In this document: in pieces, positions 38,950 to 57,133 of the stretch
Position numbering within the stretch: the first letter of the stretch is position 1
How the letters are laid out: each line of letters opens with the position of its first letter
The notes under the pieces: generated by a model
What the model was told of the DNA's origin: nothing
Seen by the model: the letters and a program-made list of their open reading frames with translations, nothing else
Databases searched by the model: none
Translations under genes and position numbers: made by a program
From: the human T2T-CHM13v2.0 reference genome, Homo sapiens
Length of the DNA stretch: 64,000 nucleotides
Strand: one strand, 5' to 3'
Assembly (NCBI RefSeq): GCF_009914755.1
Contig: NC_060941.1

Positions 38950-39684
38950 GTAATGGCCAGGCGAAGGATGCGCCGTCCTGTCGGGGACACTGGCTTTCTG
39001 GTGCCCGCAGGCCCCACGGCACCCGGGATGGGGAAACGTCAGAGGGGTCAGGGGCCCAGGCCTCTTAGTGAGACGGGATCAAATATAAAGGATTATTACT
39101 ATTGCAAAAGTGTTGGTCTACTTTACAGGAGTTTTCTTTAAAAATATTGCACTTCCCAACTGTGTTTATCCATTTTCTCAATTTATTCATCAAACATAAG
39201 CTGAATACCTATTATACAGCAGACATATTCTACTGTCGCTCAGGTTCCTTCCATCCTTAAGAACTTCATGTTGGCCGAGCTCGGTGGCTCATGCCTGTAA
39301 TCCCAGCACTTTGGGAGGCCGAGGAGGGCAGATCACGAGGTCAGAAGTTCGAGACCAGGCTGACCAACATGGTGAAACCCCGCCTGTTATGCTTTTGTCT
39401 CAGCCTAGACTTAGCTAAGACCTTCATGATAAATTATCCTTTAGGCCCTCGGGGTTCAGTTCAAATAATGTTGCAGAAAGAGATGAGTTTCCTTTTTTCA
39501 TTGCTACCAGATCTGTATGCTGAGGACCCTTTTCTTAGATCGTGGAATGTCCCATATTATCCTTTCCCAGATTTGTGGCAGGAAGCCATCACCAGAATTC
39601 TGAGTCTCAAGTATGTTAGTTGGATTTAACAGAGCTAAGTCTCATCCATGACTCATGAATATCCATGTATAAAATGAGAGCTTT

Positions 39685-39997
<313 letters not shown>

Positions 39998-39998
39998 A

Positions 39999-40108
39999 CT
40001 TGCTTCAGCAGCAAACATATACTGAAATTGGAACAAAATGGAGAGAAATTAGCATGGCCCCTGCCTGCATAAGGATGATGCACAGATTTTTGAAGTGGTC
40101 CATATTTT
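39999..40108 (+). pseudogene. U6 snRNA pseudogene
   Basis: CTTGCTTCAGCAGC...ATACTGAAATTGGAAC...ATTAGCATGGCCCCTGC...AAGGATGA...CCATATTTT; the ACAGAGA box is mutated. Confidence 0.9.
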
Positions 40109-41181
40109 GCGCAGTCACTAGAAGTTCATTTGACTATTTGCTGACTAGTTCCAAAGACAGTGTGAGTCAAAGCAAACTGGGTATCACCTAATATTAAAAT
40201 TGTGATTTTTCACTACAAAAATATGCAGTAAGGTGATCAATGGAGCTGAGTAACACGTGGGATGTTGTGTGCAAATATATTGTCAGTATGTATCTCAGAA
40301 ATGAGAGAATGTCAACTTGCATGTCTTTCATGGAACTGAAAAAGAAAAGTAGCATTTTGTTTTCCATGTCAGTTGGAGATGAACATGGGGATTGAGCATC
40401 CTTCTAACAAAGATCTGCCGATTCAGAGTTTGAGTCTGTATGGAACAGTAGTCCAAGCTAGGTCTTGACATCTATTAGCTTTCTCCCCTTGGCGTGATTG
40501 ATGAGCTCAGTAATAGTGGACAGTGTTGTTATCTAGTTTGATGAAATAATATATTTATAAGTAAATTTAGTTACAAACTATGAACTAGCTGTGATGCCCC
40601 AAATTATAAGCCACAAAGAATAGAACTAATAAAACTAGAACTTAATAACAGTTTTGGAAAACTGCAACATTTGAATATTAGAACCTCTGGAAAAAATACA
40701 CATTGGGTTTTATTTGTGATTCCAAAACCATTTCCTCAATAAAGCTCAAGAACAAATTATTTCATTGCTTCACTGTTTCTCTGAGCATTTACAAAACGTT
40801 TTCTTGTTAAATCTTTAACAACCTAGTGAAATAAGGCAGTAAAATCCTTGCTTTTTAGAAGAATACATTGAGCCTAAGAGAAGCAACTTGTCAGAGAATA
40901 AATAGCTGCTGGTAATAGAGCTAGGACGCTTTCCATTATGCCAAGCTAATGTGAGTTAATTTACTGAGCTATACTCCCTTCAATTCATGAGTACTTCATC
41001 TTTTTTTCTTCTTCAGAAGCTTAAAGAGAAGTTGGTAGAACTCACAAATTGAAGTATATGGGATAATTAAAGTTCTGATATTAACTCTGATATTGTTTGA
41101 AATACTCTAAAAATTTAATATATTTGGTATTTTTCATTTGTTTTAAAATAGTAATTTCATTTATTACATTTTTATCCATAG

Positions 41182-41252
41182 CATTCAGCAACTAGTTCCT
41201 GAATATAAGGAAAAACAGACACCTGAAAGTCTTCCTCAAAATAACAATCCAG
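41182..41252 (+). CDS. CCDC144A: CCDC144A coding exon 2 ([23 protein letters not shown])
   Basis: TTTATCCATAG acceptor, CAG|GTAAGA donor, 71 nt, phase 2 to 1. Confidence 0.92.
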
Positions 41253-41517
41253 GTAAGACTTCTGATAGTGAATTATTTTTGGTGGTCCTACCATAGGTAA
41301 AAAAGAAGTAAGAGTAAGGAAGTTTTGATCATGAAAGAGCAGTTTTAAAAAATCTTTATTTCTTTCTTGATAGGTTAGATTTCTTGGTAGGTTAGATGTC
41401 ACAATTATTTAAAAAGTTAATTGTAGGTCATTTATTTTTTCAAACAATCTGGTCTGAAAAAAAATTAATTATGGTCCCTAAAATCCTATGTGATATTTTT
41501 GTATAAATAAGAAAAAG

Positions 41518-41818
41518 TGTTTTTTTTTTGTTTTTTTTTTGAGACGGAGTCTCGCTGTCGCCCAGGCTGGAGTGCAGTGGTGCGATCTCGGCTCACTGCA
41601 GGCTCCACCCCCTGGTTCACGCCATTCTCTTGCCTCAGCCTGCGGAGTAGCTGGGACTACAGGCGCCCGCCACCCCGCCCGGCTAATTTTTTGTATTTTT
41701 AGTAGAGATGGGGTTTCACCGTGTTAGCCAGGATGGTCTCGATCTCCTGACCTCATGATCCATCCGCCTCGGCCTCCCAAAGTGCTGGGATTACAGGCGT
41801 GAGCCACCGCGCCCGGCC
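41518..41818 (-). mobile_element. AluY
   Basis: Antisense Y-type Alu. Confidence 0.88.
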
Positions 41819-41958
41819 AAGAAAAAGATATTTTTGAGTTAGTAAGTTGTATGTTTTCTTTATAGTCACCTTATAATGAATTAGACTTGTTATGAAATTG
41901 GAACTTCTATTTAATTTTTAAAATAAATGACTTATGTTTAGTAAATGAATATCAATCA

Positions 41959-42395
41959 CAATTGACCCTTAACAATGTGGAATTTAGGGATGCTTGATTC
42001 CCTCTGCAGTCAAACATCTGTGTATAACTTTTGACTCCCCCAAGAACGTAACTACTAATAGCTAACTGTTGACCAGCAGCCTTATTGATAACATAAACAG
42101 TCAATTAAGATATGTTTGGTATGGTATATGTATTAATATGCTGTATTCTTACAATAAAGGAAGCTAGGGAAATAAACTGTTAAGAAAATCATAAGGCAGA
42201 AAAAATACGCTTACTGTTCATTAAATGCAAGTGGATCATTATATAACTCTTCATCATAGTCTTCAAGTTGAGCAGGCTAAGGAGAAGGAGGAAGAGGAAG
42301 ATTGGTCTTCGCTGTCTCAGGTGGTAGAGGTGGGAGAAAATCTGCTCATAAGTAGACCCCTGCAGTTCAAATCCGTGTTGTTCAAAGGCTAACTA
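41959..42395. mobile_element. Tigger2-type (MER28/Tigger2a) DNA transposon MITE
   Basis: Degenerate TIRs CAATTGACCCTTAACAA / TTGTTCAAAGGCTAACT and a Tigger2 body. Confidence 0.7.
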
Positions 42396-42503
42396 TATTA
42401 CATAGTGATTTGTGTCACTAAAAAAAAGAAATTAGTTTCAAAACTGGAAACTCGGCAATACCTTTCTGGCACCATAAACAAATGGCAATAAGAACTGTGA
42501 AAT

Positions 42504-44875
<2,372 letters not shown>

Positions 44876-47578
44876 AATGAGTAGAACTTTTCCTGTAGGC
44901 CATGGGAAATTTACCAGGTGGAATGCTTTGGGCTATAAATACTAGATGACCTAACTAACAGTGGCTAAAACAGTAGGGACCAGAGTTGTTTTGATGGTTC
45001 AGTGATAACACGGTGTTTTGTTCATGTCTGTTTTCATGGCTGACTAATTAGCAACAGCTCCAAACATCATGGTCTCACCGACAATATCTGAAGGCTGAAA
45101 GGGTGGCTTTTCTTTACATGTTTCTTTTAGTTAGGGAGAAGACTCAGAAGGGTGCAGTTGACTTCCTGTAACATTTTATTGGCTGGGTCCTACCACATGC
45201 TCATTCCTAAACCAGGCACTGGGGAAGCAAATGTAATTACTATGATGAGCTTAGAATAATCATTTCTTCTTTTGGAGTGGGGAGGGCTATTGGCATGATA
45301 AATATCCAAATAGATGCGTGTTTCTCCAGCAAGACAGAACAGGGAATCGCTATTGGGTAGGGAGACAGCAATGTTTACTGTAGGGACTCATTGGAGTGGG
45401 GAGTCACATGATTAGATTTGAGTATTAGGGCAATCTGGTTATGGTATAAAGCAGGGATTGGCAAGCATTTTCTGTACAGGGCTTTTTCATGTGGTCTGTC
45501 ATTCCTACTCAACCGTACCATTGAAGTATGAAAACAGTCATAAAAAGGCAAGCAAATATACATGACTGAGCTCCGGTAAAACTTTATTTACAAAACTATA
45601 AGGCAGACTGGATTTGCTCCATGGCCTGTAGTTTGCTGACCCCTCATATGGAGAGCAGCTGGAAGATAACCACATAAAGAGACAGGGAAACAAAAGAAAC
45701 ATTTGCATTTATCAGAGCTATAGTTTCCTTGTGCTGTCCTCAGACTAGTGTCAGTCTGTTGTGAGGTTTTCACCCATCCATGGTGAAATCAGTAAGGTTA
45801 AGGAGCTCAGTTATTCATTTAAAAATGTCGGTCTTTTTCTTGGCATGATGCCTTTTTCATTTATTTTACTTAAACTTTTTTTTTCATTTAAGAAATAACA
45901 TTAATAGTTGTTTTTTCCCTATAAAAGCCAATTCTTAAGAGCCCATGTTTAACTAGGAAATATAAACATAAAATAAACGTGTCATAGTGGAAATATAAAG
46001 CAGATGGAGAAAAGAGGTACAGTTAATATGATTTAGTGACTGTTGAATGTAAAAAGATAGGGGATAGGGAGAAATCTCAGATGATTCTCAGGTTTCTGGC
46101 TTGTGCCCTAGCATTTAACCGGGACACGAGGGAGTAGGCAGTTTTCAGGTGTATAGAGGAGAGCAGCAGGTCAGCAGTCACGACTAACAGTTTTCTCTGC
46201 ATTGCTGAGTTTACTGAAATGTCCATGTGGGATATTTTCAGTAGGTAATTGGAAAAATTTTTATGGCTGGAGATGGAACTCTGAGGTTGGAGTTGCAGAC
46301 TTGGAATAACTGAGGCAAAGTTGTAGATCTGAGTGAGCTTGTCCATGATGGGAAAGGTATAGAATGAGCAGAGGGCCAGTGACAGAACCCTGGGCATATC
46401 AGCATTTCCCAGAGGAATTAGGAAAGAAGCCTGAGCCGTGGCTAAAGAAAAAGAGGAGAGGAATCATAAAGTCATGTTGCAAAAATTTACAAAGGTGAGA
46501 ATTTCAAGGAGGGAGTATCAATTCTAACCAGTAAGATTACTAAAAAGTAAAGTGAGTTAACCTTTTAAAAGCCTTCAGTGGCACTGTCTTCTAAAGAACA
46601 ATCATAGAGTTGTGGGGTTCGCTGTTTATGTGATCAGTACTTCTGATGTTCAAATGTGGAAGAATACACCTACCAAGAGTCTACCTAACTTTTGTAACTG
46701 CAGCAGCTCCCTGTACAGGATCAGGGAAAATGGTCAAGACTGGTGAGTTAATGTACCACCATTTTCCTAGAATTGTCTAAACCTAAGGTCATATGTGAGG
46801 AAAAGTGTAGTCTTTCTTACCTGCTTTTTTGTGGAAATGCTTGTTTGGTACTCAAGTCCTTGATAGGCTCTTCTGAATGCATTCCCAAACAAACATCTGA
46901 CAACAACAACTGGAAGCCACCACCAGATGCACGTATATATCCTTCCTCTGACATGGAATCATAATACAGCCATGTTGTGACACAATTTCAGGTTTTGATT
47001 AAAAATAGTTTACAGGCCAGCAGTTTAGACAAACTGACATTTTAAAAATATTTTATTGCAGGAAACTAATATAATGTCCTGGAGAAAAATATAAAGCGAA
47101 ATGCTGAATATAGCAGTTCTCAGTACTTGGGGTTTTGGTCACATCAGGAGAAAAGTCAGTGCCTGACTCCTTTTGTTAGTGCAGTTCCCTTTTCATTTAC
47201 CCTCTTGTGATATTTCTGCTTTTACTGCTTCCTTTTGAATTCCATTCCTAAAGAAAATACTATTAGAACACATTTCAAATGCACTTCTTTATATCTGCAC
47301 CACAATGACACAATGATGATGGTCTGCCAAGATTTTAAGTGTCTTCTGGGTTGTCAAATACAAATTGTTTTATCTGACATAGTTTAAATGTGAAGTGCTT
47401 TTCTGGTATTACATTTCTTCAGAAATTGGTAATCTGTGATTTAACTAGAATATGTGGTCAATTGGATTACCACACTTTTAACCATCTATACATAAGATGT
47501 CTCTTCTCCCGGCCAGATAAGTTAAAAGTCCTGTTGATCCTTACTGATCAGTTCCACTATTTGCAGGGTTTTTTGGAC

Positions 47579-48003
47579 TTTTTTTGTTGTTGTTGTTGAG
47601 ACGGAGTCTCGCTCTTCCACCCAGGCGGGACTGCAGTGGCGCTATCTCGGCTCACTGCAAGCTCCGCCTCCCGGGTTCACACCATTCTCCTGCCTCAGCC
47701 TCCTGAATAGCTGGGATTACAGGCGCCCGCCACCGCGCCCGGCTAAATTTTTGTATTTTTAGTAGGGACGGGGTTTCACCGTGTTAGCCAGGATGGTCTC
47801 GATCTCCTGACCTCGTGATCCACCCGCCTCGGCCTCCCAGAGTGCTGGGATTACAGGCGTGAGCCACCGCGCCCGGCCTGGACTTTTTTTTTGAACGGGT
47901 GTGATTATAGCACACTGCAGCTTTAGTTCCTAGCCTCAAGCAATCGTTCTGCCTCAGCCTCCTGAGTAGGTGGAACAACAGATGTGTGCTACTGCACCTG
48001 GCC
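47579..48003 (-). mobile_element. AluY followed by an older Alu monomer
   Basis: CpG-rich antisense AluY at 47579-47878, then degenerate Alu sequence. Confidence 0.8.
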
Positions 48004-48363
48004 TGCTGCACAATTATTATAAAAATGAATTAAATCCTACCTAGTGGGAGAAAATTGACTGTGATCTTATAATTTTTTGTTCCAGAAACTTTTATACTGT
48101 AGAATATATTGTCAGTCATTAAGATTTTCTATTTTTAATTGGGTTAAAATAGGATTGTTGCTTTTTAAAATTACTTTCTGACATCAGTTTCATGCATTTT
48201 TAATGCCTTTAGTCCAGTGGATATAGCAGTACAGGAATCTCCAAGGCAAATGTCAAAAAATAAAAAATAAGCAGATTAGGGAAAGGTATTCTGTGAAATT
48301 ACCTTCTGATTGTAGTCACATGTAACACATCAACTTAAACAATAAAAAATTGTATAATGCAAT

Positions 48364-48940
48364 TGTATCAGGGGTTCCCAAGACCCCCTTCACTGAGGTT
48401 TGGTAATTCACTGAGAAGGACTCACAGGACTCAGCAGATAGTCATACTTGGGGCTTTGATTTATTACATTTAATACAGCAAAAAGACACAAAGCAACATT
48501 CGAGAAAGGAAAAGGTGCATGTGTCAAAGTCTGGAGGAAGCCAGGCACAAGCTACAGGAGTCATCTCCTGTGTAGCTAGCAGGATATGCTTAATTCCCCC
48601 AGCCTCAAATTTTGATGACACATGTGCAATGTTGTCTACCTTACCAGAGTTTCATTAGAGGCTCAGCACCCATGTTTTCGATGGAGGCTAGTCACATAGG
48701 CCACCTCTCCTCTCCCTCACATGTAACAAAACTCTAGACTCCCAGGAGGAAATTAATTGTTCATAGTAAACCACATTTGCACAAACAGTTTAGGCACAGT
48801 GAGCCACTCCCTTCTTCTAAGTTAGGGAATGCTGGGAACCCTCCCAAATTCAAGGTCCCAAACACCAGCCAAGGACTAGCCTTGCAAGCAAGCCTTTCTA
48901 AGGATGGGTGTCTCATGCCTGCTATATGAAATCTTTGCTG
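48364..48940. mobile_element. MER21-like LTR
   Basis: GGGGTTCCCCAAGACC...GAAGGACTCACAGGACTCAGCA motif. Confidence 0.6.
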
Positions 48941-49514
48941 CCCAGCAGCTATGCCCCTGAGTAAATTTTTGGTGTTATCTTAAAATTTTATATAATATAA
49001 TAGCAAATAATATGACAGACCATAACATGGTACTGGTTTCAGTTGCATCATTCATATTAAATAGCAAGGCTGCTTACAGTTTTGACATTTGGTGAATACT
49101 TAACAGGTATTGGTACATAAGTTACTATGGCAATATTAAGTAATTATAATCTGTCCTTCTTATCTGATTAACCTTTCAGTAAAATTGTGGGATAAAGTAG
49201 GCATAATAAGTTCTGATTTAAAATTAGAATAAAAATTATCTTTCATTTTATTTTCATGGATGGACCAGTTTTGATTCATATTGTACTAGATCCCTGTTTA
49301 CAATTATGAAATAAGATCAGATATTCAATCATTTTTGTGAATTTTTTTTGCCTAAGTATACAATTAAAATTAATTGCTTTATGTGTTTTTATATGCTTCA
49401 ATTTGGGAGATAGTACTCATATTCTGTTACCTTGATCTTTAGTGATTTGCAATTTTCAAGGTGACTCTGTCTTTTTATAATTTAGGGTAATAGCAAGTTC
49501 AGTGAGTATGTGCT

Positions 49515-49950
49515 TTAAAATTAATAATATTATTTTCTGAGCAGTTTTAGATTCACAGCAAAATTGAGAAGGTACAGAGATTTTCCATATTCCCCATGAC
49601 CCCTGACATATGAATAGCCTCCCTCATTATCAGTACCCCCCATCGGAGTTCATCAGAGTTACAGTTGAGGAATCTACCTTGACAGACACATCACCCCCAA
49701 GGTCCACAGTCTACGTTAGGGTTCACTCTTGGTGTTGTACATTCTATGGTGTTGGACAAATGTGTGATGGCATGTATATACCCTTGTAGTATCACAGACA
49801 AAATAGTTTCACTGCCCTAAATATCCTCTGTCCTCCACTGTTTCGTCTCTTCCTCTCCACTGGTTTCTGGCAACCATTGGTCTTTTTGGTGTCTCAGTAG
49901 TTTTGCTTTTTCCAGACTAGTCATATAGTTGGAATAAAACAGTGGTGGAT
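49515..49950 (-). mobile_element. L1M 3' fragment
   Basis: GTTAGGGTTCACTCTTGGTGTTGTACATTCTATG...CTGGCAACCATTG motifs. Confidence 0.65.
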
Positions 49951-51860
49951 ATCTTTTTGAATATTTAAACAATAAAGTTCCATGGTAATTTGATTCTGTC
50001 ATTTTAGATGTTCTTTGTCCTTGCGTTTGTTTTCCTCATGTTGTGTTCATCAGAACAGGATCTGATGGCATATGATTTGACGTGCTGAGAAAGCGTGATC
50101 TCTGTAGACGTTTGCCACGTAACGGGGAGGGTGGGGAAAAATGGCATCATGCAGTATTCCACAGCACTAACTGGACCATTGTGCTCTAGGAGATGGGTCC
50201 AGATAGACTCTAGCGATGGGACGGGATAATCTCAGGAGCTGGACTTTATAAAACTAGAATCACAAAGTCTTGCATACTTACCTTGCACTTAAAAAGAAGA
50301 TCAGGCAGTGAACACTACAGGTGAATAAATATGTTCCTCTCTGGTTCTCTTCCTTTTAGGGATGAGCTTGAAAACAGTCTATATTATTATAATATGGCTC
50401 ATCTACAACTAAATGCTCTGTCATAGGAAATGCCAGTGTTTTTCTTTACAATAAATGAAAAATAATTTTGTTTTCACCAGAGAGAGTAACAACTGTTGGC
50501 ACATTCTGGCAGCTTGAGTGAGCTGATAGTTCTGTTCATATATATTTTTCTTACCAGGTAGTACTCCCTGGCAACCTGCCACCACTGTGGCAGTGTTTCT
50601 TCTTAAGCTTCTCACTGAATGAACGGTGTGGCTCAGAGTGAATAAGCTCTTTAAGGGAGTGATCTTTCCAATGGTTCTGTCCATAGGAGGTAAAATGGGA
50701 GGTGAATTTGAGCCTTGTTTGTGCTAGGGAAAATAGCTAGAACTCAGTAAACATTGCCAGCATCTGCCCCAGAAGAGGATTAGTGAGAGTGAGTACACTG
50801 ATCTCCCTTGAGCTCTTCTCCACTGGCAGCTGAGAAGTCTTTGCAAAGATCCTTGTCCCTGGTCTCTTCCCTATGTTTTGCCACATAACACAGCACAGCA
50901 CCCATAGACCTACACAACAAAATGTACAGTTTTCCCCCCTTATCCATGGGGGATATGTTCCAAGACCCCCAGTGAATGCCTGGAAGTGTGGATAGTACTG
51001 AACCCTAGATATGCAGTGTCAGGATAGAAGGAAGAGGATAAGAGTAAAAGGGGGAATAAAGAATGTGGAAGGCAGAGAGTACAGAGAGTAAATGAAGGGA
51101 AAAGAAGCAAGTGGATATGATGGAGGGTGGTAAAATGAGATAATACTTCAAAAGAAGAGTGGGGTATTAGAAAGGTGGAAAGAATATAAGGTGAACGTGC
51201 AGCACCAAAACTTATCAGATAAGACAAACTTTACTTGCCAATATGTTAGTTGTGCTTTAAGTTTAATTATTTCATCATAGTGTGGCTATACTGATGATTT
51301 TAAGCCAGTCAGATATTCTGGTCAGCAAATCATGTGTGTGTGTGTTTTGATTATCAAAAATGAAGAAAGCAATTAATTACCCTTAATAACTATATGGTGG
51401 ACACAGTCTTTTAAAACATTGATTCTGAAACTTTTTGGCCTGGGGTTCGTTTTATATGATTAAATATTATTGCCTAGAGGGAACCAACACCCTGAATTAA
51501 GAATTTATTATGTCCATTCCCTTTTAAAACATTTTATTACATATGTGTATGGTCATAAATAATATGTAGAATTTGTTTTCATGTCCTAAAATTGTATATA
51601 AATTGTTTTACACTCTACATATTTTGCAACTTTCTTTTGTCTGGTCACATTACATTTTTGAGGTCAGTCCTTATTGACACAGGAAGCTCTGGTTTTCTAT
51701 CAAATGACTGGATCTCAAAGTCTCTTCATAATGATAAATAAATAATTAAAATAAAGAAAAATTATTGCAAATTCCAAAGAGCTTTTATTTAAGTCAGTTG
51801 TGTCTTTTGATATTTACTATTTTAGAAATAAAAACTAAAATATTTTAAAAACAAGCATGC

Positions 51861-52833
<973 letters not shown>

Positions 52834-53488
52834 TTATATAGTAAAAAGGAAAATATTTTTGTTATGTATTCCTTTCCTGTCTCGTGGCACTGTGTGCTAT
52901 TTGGATCTAGTGTGGTCCTAGACTAATCCTGTTCTCACATGGGAACAGTTAGAGCCCTTACAGCTCTTATTTTGCAAATAAATGTATGAAGTTTATCCAA
53001 GTATTTGAAAGGAAATTCTGAAGATAGTGGTGCATTGAGGAAAGACCATCTCATTATAATTAAAATAGTTTTAAAAGTATATTTATTATGAGTTTTTGTA
53101 AATCCTGTGTCTCTACAATACATACATACAATGCTGTCATGTATATTTAAGCTTAAAATAGTTAGACATAAATTCTGTTTTAAAAGATTTATATCCACGA
53201 AGAATCTTAATGGAAAGCAAAATATGTAATAGAGACTGCTGAGTGAATAAAAGTAAGTAATAGTAAGCAGTAAAAATGTAGAAAAGTGAGAGATGATAGT
53301 TAATTATACTTACCTGAATGAATTGTAAGCATAGGACATGTAAAATATAATAAGCCTGAATGCATAGTGTGTTGTGGGAGAGAGCAGGATGTAGGACTGT
53401 TTCTGTGAAGAAAGCATGTATACAAGTTAGTCAAATTATTGTGTTATTTACATCCTAAAAATGAAAACTTCATTTTCGGATTTTTCAG

Positions 53489-53737
53489 ATTGGCATCCTA
53501 CTAATTTGACCCTTAGTGATGAGACTTGTCAGAGATCCAAGAATCTGAAAGTTGATGATAAATGTCCATCTGTATCACCATCAATGCCTGAAAATCAGTC
53601 AGCAACCAAAGAACTGGGACAGATGAACTTAACAGAACGAGAAAAGATGGACACTGGAGTTGTACTTCTCTCAGGGAATGATACTCTCCATGACCTGTGC
53701 CAATCACAGCTACCAGAAAACAAAGAGAGCAAAGAAG
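53489..53737 (+). CDS. CCDC144A: CCDC144A coding exon 3 (DWHPTNLTL...PENKESKE)
   Basis: TTTTTCAG acceptor, AAG|GTAACA donor, 249 nt, phase 1 to 1. Confidence 0.92.
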
Positions 53738-54314
53738 GTAACAAAGAAGCATAGAGAATTCAGTCCTAGAGTGCCTCTGCTTGGCTGCATAGAGCTATAG
53801 TTCTGACTTAAAAAAACTTTTTCTGGTAAAATGTGCTTTGTGTTTACTCACCTTTTGCACTGAACAGAATACTTTTTGGCAGGATATTTGTGTTCTTCCT
53901 TTAACCAAAGCAACATCTAGATAACAGAGAATTAGGGGAAAGCATGATTTTCTTTAGGAAGTAGGATTATATTTAGAATATAGGGACTAAGTATGTTTAG
54001 GGACTAACATAGGATTATATTTAGGATAACTTAGTAGAGACCTAAAGATTGCTGACTCAAACACAATGTGGTTTCTTTGCTTTATTTTTACAGCTCTGAA
54101 TTCACAGCTGTTAGTTATAACTATATGCACTACAATTTAAAAGACACCTTCCCACACCTGTAATCTCAGCACTTTAGGAGGCCGAGGTGGGTGGATCATG
54201 AGGTCAGTAGTTCGAGACCAGCCTGGCCAATATGGTGAAACCCCATCTCTACTAAAAATACAAAAAAAAAACTAGCTGGGCATGGTGGTGAACGCTTGTA
54301 GTCCCAGCTACTCA

Positions 54315-54419
<105 letters not shown>

Positions 54420-55806
54420 TCAAAAAACAAAAACAAAAAAACACCTTCCAAAAGCAAATATTAAGTGACTTCCTATCGTTTCTATGACTTTATGTATTAT
54501 AGAATTGACTTTCCAAGTCAGTAATTAATGAGACTTATTGAGAATTTGCTGCATAGTATCTCCTTGGCTGTGTCCACATGAGCTACCACCTTGCGTTAAT
54601 AAATGTGTTCGCTAGGGATGTTGGTTTTGGCATTGACAGTGTTCTATCACCAATGCAAATAAGACCAGGGACCACTCTTGAGAACATTAATGTCCAAGCA
54701 TCTTAAAGTTATACGTAAGGCTTTCATAATGTGACTTCTGCTCAGCTCTCCATCTTTAGCCCTTTCCCCTGTGTGCCCCTTCTCTGGCCTTACTGAACTG
54801 CTGGTCCTGTCCTGCTGACCCATCCTTCGACTGCAGGCAAACACATGTACTCTTTCAGGCCTCTTTCTGCCTTTTGTTGCTGCCTGTCATGCTCTCACTC
54901 TTTCCTGTCCCCTACCCCTTCTAATTAGGCTAGCCTCACTCTTTAAGCCTCAGCTCGGGCAGGATCTCTAGAAAAGTCATCTCTGACATGCTTTCTTTTC
55001 ACTCTTTAAATCCTAGTGCCTAGCACATAGCAAGACTCAATGCATAATTGCTGAGTAAAATAGATAATGACTCTTTGTACAAAGATGATTTTCAAGATTG
55101 TTCCCTACAGTCAAGGAGCAAAGGGAATAGACATGTAAAGCAATAATTGACAGTTCGGGTGGTGGAGATGCAGTAGAAAAATCAGTTCTAGGGCAGCCCT
55201 AAGGAAGGAGATACCTAGATACCTGTTTACCTGGGGAAAGATGAGGATGAGGGTCAACTTCACCTAGCAGTCTGTTTTTTATTTTATGTATTTTATTTAT
55301 TTATTTTTAGCAGTCTGTTTTAAAAGATGAAAATATTAATACGTTTGTCAGAATAATACAGGGAACCATTTCAGATGTTAGGAAGTGGTTGTACACCAAT
55401 AAAGGTGTCCACAGTCATTTTGGAAATCATTAATAAGGTACTATTATGAAGTGGAGAACAGTATGCAGCATTGCCTGATAATATTACTACTGCATTCCAA
55501 AATTTTGTTTTGTTTGTGATGGCTTTGTTCATTGATGTTGGGTGGATGAATCTGTGAGTGAATCTTCAACATGATTGTATTTCTTTAACCTGGTGGCATC
55601 TAGTGTCTCCCAGAAAGTGGTTTGTTGAAGTTTTGGAGAATTAGAAGTATTTCTTAAAGAAGTAAGTATTCCACTAAAGATCAAGCTTCATTTAAACTCT
55701 CAATTTATGAAATAAAATGAAATGTAATTTAAAATCTATTTTTATAAAGACTATGTCTTTTATCTAACTGTTCTAAGTAGTTTAACTGAATGTTTGGATT
55801 TTGCAG

Positions 55807-55880
55807 CAGAACAAGACTCGGAGCTGACATCAGAGGAAGAGCAAGAAAGACTTAAAGGATGCGAAAATAAGCAGCCACAG
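55807..55880 (+). CDS. CCDC144A: CCDC144A coding exon 4 (AEQDSELTSEEEQERLKGCENKQPQ)
   Basis: TTTTGCAG acceptor, CAG|GTGTGG donor, 74 nt, phase 1 to 0; ANKRD26/POTE-type motif. Confidence 0.92.
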
Positions 55881-57133
55881 GTGTGGAAACATTTAAACTA
55901 AAATCTAAATTTCTGGTTTAATACTCTTTTCTTTGCTTTAATAATATAAGCTAGCCCAAATGAAATTACCTCTCAGACTAGCCTTTGAGAACCAATAGAT
56001 CCTTACTTAATATTTAATTTTAAATACATTTAAACTAGTTATAAAACACAATATTGTTAGAATCTATCATAACTTATAGTTAATCTTTACCCTTGGAGTA
56101 GAGGCAAACATTCCAGAATTTTGTTTGCTCTTCCATTCTTACAATATCCTTATGGGATAAAGAAGATAATGTCAATTATTGACATATTATTAAGCAGCAG
56201 AAATTATGAACAATTTAACAGTGATGGCCACTGAGTTGGATTCATGGTATAAGAGTAATCATGGCCAGTGGCTCAAATTTTGCAGTTTTATATTGCCAGT
56301 TACTAATGCCTAGGTTAAAGATGTGGCCTTTCATTGACTTCACGGTCTACATTCAGTGAGAGTGGGGTTATGAAATCAACCCAACTGCCTATTAAGGGAA
56401 TCATACCTTGCAGAATGGGATCTTTGGTGTTAGGGTACAAACAATAACTTTCTAACTTTTTAGATGCAGAAACTTAGTAAGAATTATCTTTAAAGTTTTA
56501 GTAAGTGTTATTAGGGGACCATAGTATATATTAGAACAGAACTGAAGAAGATAGTCTAGATATATAACCCTATGATGTTACAGTATATAATTTAAATTAA
56601 AACTTAAGAATTTGCTTTTCTTTCTGATTGGTGTTGATTCGGGCTCCTAATAATTTGAAGATTGCCTACCCTCCAGTTAGTAATCTATGGAACTTACATG
56701 TAGTAATATATAGTACTTACATGTAGTAATATGTAGTACTTACGTGTACTGTAGGGGCTCACTTTCCAAGTGAGGACGCCTTTGTAACACTAGAAATCGT
56801 CTGCTAATTCATTTTTGGTAGATTTAATACATAATGAATTAAGTTTATTCCAAACAAACAGTGACAAAGTTAAGTTTGCTGGTTCATATTTTTCTCCTCC
56901 TTTCAGCTAAGACAATTTTTTTTTAACTTCTTAGTTACAAGCCAGTGATTTGGGAGTAGCTAAACCTAGATGAAGAAGTTTAACAGTTAAATTTTCATTT
57001 TAATTATTTGTGAATTTTTCTTTGTTCATACCTGTTATTTAAGGACAAAGCTATTTTTAAAACATGTAGCCCAACAGAGAAGACACCCAAGAAATAAAAC
57101 AAGCAAATTAATCTTCCACTTTTGCATCTGCAG

